Positions 57,321-64,000 of a stretch of DNA of 64,000 nt are shown one piece after another. The first letter of the stretch is position 1. Each line of letters opens with the position of its first letter. The position numbers were made by a program, and so were the translations under genes. The DNA is from Candidatus Latescibacterota bacterium. GTDB taxonomy: Bacteria > JAAXHH01. The stretch is taken from positions 29,659-93,658 of the forward strand of contig JAJEHX010000012.1 of NCBI GenBank assembly GCA_022823465.1, written 5' to 3'. A model generated the notes under the pieces. It did not search any database, had not been told where the DNA came from, and saw only the letters and a list, made by a program, of their open reading frames with translations.

Positions 57321-58319
57321 CTACATGCTCCCTTCGGCCTGAGCCGCCTGCCGGATCACGGCGATGGCGGCGAGATCGCCCACGGCGTCACCCAGTCCGG
57401 CGGGCACGACTTGCACCGTGTCGTAGACGCGTGACCAGGTCTCGTTCCGGAGGTAGTTTCGAATGGGTTCCAATAGCAGGTCCCCGGCCTTGACCAGGAT
57501 GGTGCCGATGACGATGATCTCCGGGTTCAGGACGTTCACGACGTTCCCCAGTCCGGTGGCCATGTAACGGGCCGTTTCGTCCACGATTTCCCGCGCGCAG
57601 GGATCGTCTTTCCTGGCTGCCGCCATGACGGTTTCCGCCGTGATGGCGGCCAGGCCCCCGCCGGAGAGATCGACCATGAGCGAGCCGGGCGTCCCGCGCG
57701 CCTTCTCCCGGGCCCGCCGGGCGATCGACGGGCCCGAACAGAGGGATTCCAGGCAGCCGCGCTTGCCGCATCCGCAGGCCGGTCCGTCCCTGACGATGGT
57801 CATGTGCCCCACTTCGCCGGCCGTGTCGTTCGGACCGCGGTAGAGCCTGCCGTCGAGTATGATGCCGCCGCCGATACCGGTGCTCATGGTCATGTACACC
57901 ATGTGGCGAAAGTCCCGGCCGGCGCCGAAGGACCATTCCGCCAGGGCGCCGGCGTTGGCGTCGTTCTCGACAAAGGCCGGCAGCGAAAGCGCGTTTTCAA
58001 GCCACGCCTTCAACGGCACCTCGTCCCAGCCCGGCAGGTTGGGCGGGGCGTAGACCACACCCGTTTCCGTGTCCAGGGGGCCGCCGCAGCTGACCCCGAC
58101 GCCGGCTACGTCCGCGGTGGCGAGCGAAGCGCGTGCCATGACTTCGCGGGACATGTCCACCAGGGATGCGACCACCGCTTCCGGTCCCCGTCCGGCCTCT
58201 GTCGGCCTTCGGACCTTGTGCAGGATGTTCCCGTTCCAGTCGGCGATGACCACGGCCAGCTTGGTGCCGCCGATATCATGGCCTAAGAGGTAAGGGGCGT
58301 TCCGATCCGGCTGGGGCAT
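57321..58319 (-). CDS. ROK family sugar kinase (glucokinase-like)
   Basis: DIGGTK, ENDANAGALAE, TGIGGG, GEVGH, CGCG..GCLE; no HTH. Confidence 0.92.
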   Translation of the reverse strand: MPQPDRNAPYLLGHDIGGTKLAVVIADWNGNILHKVRRPTEAGRGPEAVVASLVDMSREVMARASLATADVAGVGVSCGGPLDTETGVVYAPPNLPGWDEVPLKAWLENALSLPAFVENDANAGALAEWSFGAGRDFRHMVYMTMSTGIGGGIILDGRLYRGPNDTAGEVGHMTIVRDGPACGCGKRGCLESLCSGPSIARRAREKARGTPGSLMVDLSGGGLAAITAETVMAAARKDDPCAREIVDETARYMATGLGNVVNVLNPEIIVIGTILVKAGDLLLEPIRNYLRNETWSRVYDTVQVVPAGLGDAVGDLAAIAVIRQAAQAEGSM

Positions 58320-58604
58320 AGTCTAAGGGTCAGCAGGGTCAGCGCATGAATCACGGGGCTTGGCAGGCGCCTTTCGGCATACCGGAAAGCATGCAGTTAT
58401 TATAGCCCGCGGACGGCTTGTGTCAACTGCTTTCAACCGAATGCGGCCCCCTTCCGCGCAACCAAAAACTGATTGACAGCACCTGGCCGATCCGGGCATT
58501 TTGCAGGAGTCGGAAGGCCGCTGGCCGGCAGGGGCGGCCCCGACCTCGGCGTACGGTTCCGCGGCCGTTCCACGGTCCGCTAAGGTATGGGAGGAGGACG
58601 GCGT

Positions 58605-59105
58605 ATGTTGTTGGATACCAAGATTCTGTGGATGTGGCTGCACGTACTCGGCGTCATACTGTGGGCAGGCGGTTTCTTCTACGTCCTGGTCGCGCTCACC
58701 CCGGCGCTCCGGTCGGGCAGGGCGTCGGAGGAACGCGTGGAAATCATGCGCAGGACAGGCGCCATATTCCGGCGGGTGTCCTGGACGGCGATCATCATCC
58801 TGGTCGTGAGCGGTTCGTTCAGTCTGTATAACCGGATCATGGATGGAGTGGCCGCCCGGGCGATGTCGTCCCAGCCGGAACTCTACCCGCTGCTTCCCCC
58901 GGGGTACGAAGCCCTGATGACGGTCAAGCTCCTGATTGTGATCGCATTGATCGTGCACCATGCGGTCAGGCTGCTGGAACCCCGGGTCCTCGAAGACGGA
59001 AGTATCGGATTCAAGTCCAAAGCTTCGGGCATCGTGGGCGCCGTGCTCTTCGCGGCGGCGGTGCTGCTGGGCCTGGTGCTGCTGACCATGAACGTCTCTG
59101 TCTGA
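58605..59105 (+). CDS. CopD/DUF4149-like 4-TM membrane protein
   Basis: GGAGG RBS; WLHVLG..LWAGG, VSG, L.VKL...HH. Confidence 0.7.
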   Translation: MLLDTKILWMWLHVLGVILWAGGFFYVLVALTPALRSGRASEERVEIMRRTGAIFRRVSWTAIIILVVSGSFSLYNRIMDGVAARAMSSQPELYPLLPPGYEALMTVKLLIVIALIVHHAVRLLEPRVLEDGSIGFKSKASGIVGAVLFAAAVLLGLVLLTMNVSV

Positions 59106-59115
59106 GCCCGCGTCC

Positions 59116-59961
59116 ATGAAGGACTTCATCGCCCTTACCAAGCCCGGCCTGGTCGTCATGCTGGTGCTGACCACCTGTGTCGGATTCTACCTGGGGTCCG
59201 ACGGACCGGTGGACTGGCTGCGGTTGCTTCACACGCTGGCCGGAACCACGCTGGCGGCCGGGGGCACGCTCGCCCTCAACCAGTTCATGGAAAGAGACCG
59301 GGACGCGCTTATGCGGCGTACCCGGAAGCGTCCGCTCCCCGCGGGGAAGTTGCGGCCCGGGCAGGCCCTCGGGTTCGGCGTGGCCATCACGGTGGCGGGA
59401 CTGATCTACCTTGCGCTGGTGGTCAACGTCCTGAGCTGCGCGGTCACCGCGGCGATCACCGCCACCTACCTGTTTCTCTACACGCCGCTCAAGCACCGCA
59501 CCACGCTGTCGACAGTGTTCGGCGCGGTCCCGGGCGCGTTGCCTCCGGTGACGGGATGGGCGGCGGCCCGGAATGAACTGGGGCCGGAGGCCGGCGTCCT
59601 GTTCGCCATCCTGTTTCTCTGGCAGATGCCCCACGCCCTCGCGCTGGCCTGGCTCTTTCGCGAAGACTACGCCCGCGCCGGATTTCAGCTGTTGCCCGCC
59701 GTCGATCCCGACGGCCGGTTCACGAGCGTGCAGATCCTGATCAACTGCCTGGCCCTGACCGCATTCAGCCTGGTCCCGACCATTCTGGGCATCGCCGGGG
59801 TCCTGTACTTCTACGCGGCCTTCGCCGCCGGCCTGGGTCTGCTTGCTTTCGCCATCCACCTGACCGTGACCCGGACCCAGGCGTCGGCACGGAACCTGTT
59901 TTTTGCGTCGCTGGTGTTCCTGCTGGTCCAGTTCTCCGTAATGGCCTACGACAAGGTGTAG
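59116..59961 (+). CDS. ctaB: Protoheme IX farnesyltransferase (heme O synthase)
   Basis: LTKP, LNQ..ERDRD..M.RT..RPL, YTPLK, GA.PGA.PP, WQMPH, DY..AG. Confidence 0.96.
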   Translation: MKDFIALTKPGLVVMLVLTTCVGFYLGSDGPVDWLRLLHTLAGTTLAAGGTLALNQFMERDRDALMRRTRKRPLPAGKLRPGQALGFGVAITVAGLIYLALVVNVLSCAVTAAITATYLFLYTPLKHRTTLSTVFGAVPGALPPVTGWAAARNELGPEAGVLFAILFLWQMPHALALAWLFREDYARAGFQLLPAVDPDGRFTSVQILINCLALTAFSLVPTILGIAGVLYFYAAFAAGLGLLAFAIHLTVTRTQASARNLFFASLVFLLVQFSVMAYDKV

Positions 59962-59982
59962 CGCGTACTTAAAAGGAATACC

Positions 59983-60405
59983 ATGCTGGAGCTGACCGAT
60001 CTGCCCCTGGTGAACGCCTGCCTGAATACCATCAGCGCGGCGTTCCTGGTCGCGGGCTATATAAACATCAGGAAGCGCAGGGTAGCCGCGCACAGGGCAT
60101 GCATGCTGGGCGCCGTAGCGACGTCGATCCTGTTTCTCACGACCTATCTGATCTACCACTTCAACCATGGAAGCACGCCCTTCACCGGCGAGGGATGGAC
60201 GCGTTACGTCTATTTCACCATCCTCATCAGCCACACGATCCTGGCCACGGCCATCGTGCCCATGGTCGTGCTGACGCTGCGCCACGCGCTGAAGGGACGC
60301 TTCGAACGCCACGCGCCGCTGGCCCGGTGGACGCTGCCGATCTGGCTGTACGTGTCCGTCACCGGCGTGCTGGTGTACCTGATGCTGTACCACTGGCAGG
60401 GATAG
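59983..60405 (+). CDS. DUF420 (CtaM/YozB-like) membrane protein
   Basis: NA.LN, H...M, FL..YL.YH, YF.IL.SH, H...ARWT.PIWLYVSVTG. Confidence 0.9.
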   Translation: MLELTDLPLVNACLNTISAAFLVAGYINIRKRRVAAHRACMLGAVATSILFLTTYLIYHFNHGSTPFTGEGWTRYVYFTILISHTILATAIVPMVVLTLRHALKGRFERHAPLARWTLPIWLYVSVTGVLVYLMLYHWQG

Positions 60406-60414
60406 GCGGCTGAA

Positions 60415-60960
60415 ATGCCCCATGTTACCGTACGGAACATCACGCTGGCCGCGCTGATGATCGCGCTCATGACGCTGGCGACCCTGATCATCCGGATCCC
60501 GAACCCGGCCACCCAGGGATACATCAATCTCGGCGACGCCATGCTTATGACCATCGCACTCGTCTTCGGCTGGCGTATCGGCGGTCTGGCGGGCGGCGTC
60601 GGGTCCGCCCTGGCCGACGCCCTGGGCGGCTACTTTATCTGGGCGCCCTGGACGCTCGTCATCAAGGGGGTCGAAGGCATGCTGGTCGGAACGATCGCGG
60701 CATGGGGCGCGCGAGATGCCCGGGACGGTAACCATCTGCGCCGGATCATGGCCTTCGTCGCGGTAGTAGTGGGCGGCGCATGGATGGTATCCGGGTATTA
60801 CATGGCCGGCTCGGTGCTGTTCGGAGGCGTCGCCGCGTTGACGGAGATCCCGGGCAACCTGACCCAGGCCGGGGTGGCGGTGGTCGTAGCCCTGCCTCTG
60901 TCTGTTATTTTGCGAAACGCCTTGCAACGGAGCGATTATGGACCTCTCGCATCTCGATGA
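60415..60960 (+). CDS. ECF transporter S component
   Basis: A..IAL, IP.P...GYINLGD, GG.G.ALAD, WAP.T..IK..EG, N..Q. Confidence 0.88.
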   Translation: MPHVTVRNITLAALMIALMTLATLIIRIPNPATQGYINLGDAMLMTIALVFGWRIGGLAGGVGSALADALGGYFIWAPWTLVIKGVEGMLVGTIAAWGARDARDGNHLRRIMAFVAVVVGGAWMVSGYYMAGSVLFGGVAALTEIPGNLTQAGVAVVVALPLSVILRNALQRSDYGPLASR

Positions 60961-61426
60961 AAAGGGACGCGTCCGCATGGTGGACGTGACGGATAAACCG
61001 ATTACGGACAGGCGTGCGGTGGCCCATGGAGAAGTAAGGGCCGCAACCGAGACGATCCGGAAGATCGCCGACGACGAGATGGGGAAGGGGGACGTGCTGA
61101 CCACGGCGAAGATCGCGGGCATCTCGGCGGCCAAAAAGGCTGGCGACCTCATTCCCATGTGCCATCCCATCCCGCTGACCCACGTGGAAATCGATATCAC
61201 CCTGAACGAGGACGCGGGGAAGATCGGCCTTCTGGCCACGGCCGTCGCGTCCGGCAGGACCGGCGTGGAAATGGAAGCCCTGACGGCCGTCTCCGTGGCC
61301 GCCCTGACCATCTACGATATGTGCAAGGCCGTGGACCGGACCATGGAGATCGCGTCCATCCTGCTGGTGGAAAAGGAGGGCGGGAAGTCGGGCACGTTCA
61401 AAAGGCCGGGGTGGAAAGACCAATGA
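60938..61426 (+). CDS. moaC: Cyclic pyranopterin monophosphate synthase
   Basis: LSH, MVDV..K, KGDVL, LIPMCH, TGVEMEAL, YDMCKA, K.GGKSG. Confidence 0.97.
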   Translation: MDLSHLDEKGRVRMVDVTDKPITDRRAVAHGEVRAATETIRKIADDEMGKGDVLTTAKIAGISAAKKAGDLIPMCHPIPLTHVEIDITLNEDAGKIGLLATAVASGRTGVEMEALTAVSVAALTIYDMCKAVDRTMEIASILLVEKEGGKSGTFKRPGWKDQ

Positions 61427-61512
61427 GCGATCGACCGAAAATCGGATGTTTCCGGCTCGTCTTCGCGGCCTTTGTCGGATGCGGCCTGGCTTTGATCCTG
61501 TGTGGCGGATAG
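61423..61512 (+). CDS. Possible 29-aa hydrophobic peptide or truncated gene
   Basis: ATGA overlap with the moaC stop; MSDRPKIGCFRLVFAAFVGCGLALILCGG. Confidence 0.35.
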   Translation: MSDRPKIGCFRLVFAAFVGCGLALILCGG

Positions 61513-61527
61513 ACTGTAGTGAATGGG

Positions 61528-61923
61528 CTAATCCGTATCCAATTCCGGGAAATAGGATTCGTAGAAGCCACGGTCTCTCGTTAAAAAGGCGTCGGCTGAA
61601 ACCATGGCGTGGGCACCGATGAGAAAGTCGGTGATGATCCGGTCCCTGGGGCCGCCCGCGCGACGATACCGCATCCATCGCATTCCCGCTTCATACGCAA
61701 TTACGGTATCGACAGGGGAGGGTCTCGCTCCGATTTCCCTCAAGGCTCCATCCAGCGCATCCCGATCCTCGAATGCCGGCACGAGTTCAGCATAGACTAC
61801 GTCGCACACGAGAATCGCGCCTCCGTCATATGCGTCCCGCAGAACCTCCAGGGACTGTGGGCCATGCCGCTCGTCGGAAAGAAACACGTCCAACAGGATG
61901 CTCGTGTCGACAGCGGTGATCAT
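61528..61923 (-). CDS. vapC: VapC-family PIN toxin
   Basis: VDTSILLD, VYAEL, DFLIGAHA, LTRD. Confidence 0.92.
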   Translation of the reverse strand: MITAVDTSILLDVFLSDERHGPQSLEVLRDAYDGGAILVCDVVYAELVPAFEDRDALDGALREIGARPSPVDTVIAYEAGMRWMRYRRAGGPRDRIITDFLIGAHAMVSADAFLTRDRGFYESYFPELDTD

Positions 61924-62135
61924 CTTCCCCTGATCTCTTCGATGTACTCGTCGGTGTTCTTACCAATGTCCAGCATGCCGTAGACGCGTTCCACGGGGTG
62001 TTGCGCCGCGGCTCGTTTCTGAATTAACAGACCCTGTTCTGTCGCGGTGATCACCACTTCGACATCCCGATGCATGCCAAAGCGGTCTCTCAGCCGTTTG
62101 GGTATGGTAATCTGCCCTCGCTCGGATATTTTCAT
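61920..62135 (-). CDS. vapB: AbrB/MazE/SpoVT-type antitoxin
   Basis: KISERGQITIPKRLR; 4-nt overlap with the toxin start. Confidence 0.92.
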   Translation of the reverse strand: MKISERGQITIPKRLRDRFGMHRDVEVVITATEQGLLIQKRAAAQHPVERVYGMLDIGKNTDEYIEEIRGR

Positions 62136-62144
62136 ATTTTCTCT

Positions 62145-62159
62145 ATATGAAATTCATAT
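62145..62159. promoter_or_regulatory. Palindromic operator, probable vapBC autoregulation site
   Basis: ATATGAA-A-TTCATAT, 10 bp upstream of the antitoxin ATG. Confidence 0.6.
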
Positions 62160-62258
62160 TTAAATTATCATACTCATAATTAAAGGCCCTCACACCGGTT
62201 TGTCAACCTGGATCTGAACGCTTCCTGTAGATTATGAGTCGGTAAGTAACGTTTTTTC

Positions 62259-62286
62259 TTGACGGACTCCGAATCCTGCCTATATT
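62259..62286 (+). promoter_or_regulatory. Promoter of the arg operon
   Basis: TTGACG-16 bp-TATATT. Confidence 0.6.
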
Positions 62287-62300
62287 GCGTTCGTGCAAGT

Positions 62301-62338
62301 TTGGAATAATAATTCTTAAAAATGGATAAATATTCTCC
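62301..62338. promoter_or_regulatory. Tandem ARG boxes
   Basis: ttGGAATaataATTCTta and aaTGGATaaatATTCTcc, 2-bp spacer; resembles TGAAT-N4-ATTCA; lies between the promoter and argR. Confidence 0.7.
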
Positions 62339-62347
62339 AGGTCGAGT

Positions 62348-62824
62348 ATGAACGCCAAGCACCAGCGCCAGGGAACGATACGGTCGCTCATCGAGCGGGG
62401 GCACTTCCATACGCACAAGGAGGTCATCGCGGCCCTGCATACGGAAGGGATCCACGTCAACCAGGGCACGCTGTCCAAGGATTTCAAGGAACTGCACGTC
62501 ATCAAGACGCGCCTCGCGGACGGACAGTACAAGTACGTACTGCCGCGCTACTACTCGGTAGAGACGCAGGACGAACTGGTCGATCGGGAGATCCGGGATT
62601 TCGTCGTCAGCGCGGACGACGCGATGAACCAGGTCGTCTTGCAGACCTCCGCCGGTCACGCGTCCGGGGTGTGCGAAGCCATCGACCAGGCGGAATGGCC
62701 GGAGATCGTGGGCAGTGTCGCGGGTGAGAATACGATTCTCCTGATTACCAAGTCTACCGCCCAGGCCAGGGAAACGCTGCGGCGCATCAGGAGCATCATG
62801 AAGGAAAAGAGGGAAGGCAAATGA
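62348..62824 (+). CDS. argR: Arginine repressor
   Basis: RQ..I, V.Q.TLS.D..EL...K, T..G.A, ID.....IVG.VAG..T. Confidence 0.92.
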   Translation: MNAKHQRQGTIRSLIERGHFHTHKEVIAALHTEGIHVNQGTLSKDFKELHVIKTRLADGQYKYVLPRYYSVETQDELVDREIRDFVVSADDAMNQVVLQTSAGHASGVCEAIDQAEWPEIVGSVAGENTILLITKSTAQARETLRRIRSIMKEKREGK

Positions 62825-63840
62825 TTAAGCTGGGCATCATCGGCGCGACGGGATACACGGGTATGGAGCTGTACAGGCTGGCGTCCCGCCATCCCGGCAT
62901 CGAGATCGTTTTCGCCACGTCGGAACAATACTGCGGCCAGCAACTCGGCGAGGTCTTTCCACGGGTCGATCCGGACCGGGATATCACGCTGAGATCCCTG
63001 GATGATATCGCGGAGGAACCGGCGGACGTGGTCTGTTTCTGCACGCCGGACGGGGTGGCCATGGACCGGGTCGGCACCTTCCTGGACCGGGGCGTACGCG
63101 TCGTGGACGTCAGCTCCGATTTCCGGTTCGACGATCCGGAGGTATACACGTCCTGGTACAGCCGTCCCCACACCGCCTCGTCGCTCCTCGATTCGGCGGT
63201 CTATGGGATCCCCGAATTGAACCGGGACCGCATACGGACAGCCGATCTCGTGGGCAATCCGGGCTGCTATCCCACTGGTGTGATACTCGGCCTGGCGCCG
63301 CTGCTCGAAGAGGGCGTGATAGACGCCGGGCAGATCATCGTCGACGCCAAGTCGGGGGTCAGCGGCGCCGGCCGCGGCCTGAAGCTGCGCAACCTCTACG
63401 TGGAGGTGAACGACAGCATCACGCCGTACAACATCGGTCACACGCACCGCCACGTGGGCGAAATCGAGCAGGAGCTGTCCAGGTTCTCCGATGAGCAGCC
63501 TTACGTCGTCTTTTCGCCCCACCTGACGCCCATGAGCCGGGGCATCCTGGCGACTACCTATGTACGGGTGAAGAACGGCGCGGCCAACGGAGACTTGGCC
63601 GCCCTGTACGAGAAGCGTTACGGTGATGAGCCTTTTATCCGGTTGTCGCAATCCGGCTATCCCGAGACGCGGTTCGTGACCTGGACGAACTGCTGCGACC
63701 TGCGTGTCGACCGGGTGGACGGTTCGGACCTGGCCATCGTAACCTCCGCCATCGACAACCTGGTCAAGGGCGCCGCCGGCCAGGCGCTCCAGAATGTGAA
63801 CGTCATGTGCGGCTGGGACGAAACGACGGGGCTGATTTAG
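62821..63840 (+). CDS. argC: N-acetyl-gamma-glutamyl-phosphate reductase
   Basis: GATGYTG, YGIPE, NPGCYPT, SGVSGAG, H.H..EI, DNLVKGAAGQA.Q. Confidence 0.97.
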   Translation: MIKLGIIGATGYTGMELYRLASRHPGIEIVFATSEQYCGQQLGEVFPRVDPDRDITLRSLDDIAEEPADVVCFCTPDGVAMDRVGTFLDRGVRVVDVSSDFRFDDPEVYTSWYSRPHTASSLLDSAVYGIPELNRDRIRTADLVGNPGCYPTGVILGLAPLLEEGVIDAGQIIVDAKSGVSGAGRGLKLRNLYVEVNDSITPYNIGHTHRHVGEIEQELSRFSDEQPYVVFSPHLTPMSRGILATTYVRVKNGAANGDLAALYEKRYGDEPFIRLSQSGYPETRFVTWTNCCDLRVDRVDGSDLAIVTSAIDNLVKGAAGQALQNVNVMCGWDETTGLI

Positions 63841-63974
63841 AAGCGACGGGCCCGATCTGGAAATGAAGAGTTTGAGTTCGCAATGACAGGCCTGATCCAA
63901 TTACCACGGACAAGGTCTGGAACGAAGAGGTTGAACCTTTGGACAAGACAACGGCGGCGTCAAACGGAAACATC

Positions 63975-64000
63975 ATGAACCGCAGCATCGTGGTAAAACT
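63975..64000 (+). CDS. argB: Start of a probable acetylglutamate kinase (truncated by the window)
   Basis: MNRSIVVK(L) fits the amino-acid-kinase N-terminal VVKxGG strand; follows argC. Only 8 codons are visible. Confidence 0.5.

Noticed and set aside
51988-58319. Sugar kinase-tal-gnd-rpe cluster as a novel pathway
   Set aside because: Ordinary pentose-phosphate genes; the interspersed qor and M20 peptidase give no specific signal.

Overview
GC-rich chromosomal window from a diderm bacterium (TonB-dependent receptors, Omp85 protein, Tol-Pal; FCB/Latescibacterota/Gemmatimonadota-like by gene style, inference only). It is mostly core and metabolic genes: map, parE-parC, tsaD, tolQRAB-cpoB, larB-larC, a fused ECF ATPase, glk-tal-gnd-rpe, ctaB, moaC, vapBC, argR-argC-(argB) and one tRNA-Glu. 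No CRISPR array, integrase, transposase or prophage was recognised. The most notable signals are: (1) a tandem duplication with a readable junction that gave two Pal lipoproteins with E/R/A-rich helical stalks of different, repeat-encoded length, next to an unusually short TolA; (2) a tightly coupled larB-larC-ecfAA'-amidohydrolase operon with a degenerate LarC N-domain and no larA/larE/ecfT in the window; (3) a dispersed 9-bp GGWCC-core microrepeat family found in both orientations, intergenically and as in-frame loop insertions; (4) a possible Arg-rich coupled mini-ORF inside the arg operon. All calls come from reading motifs by eye; no searches were run.
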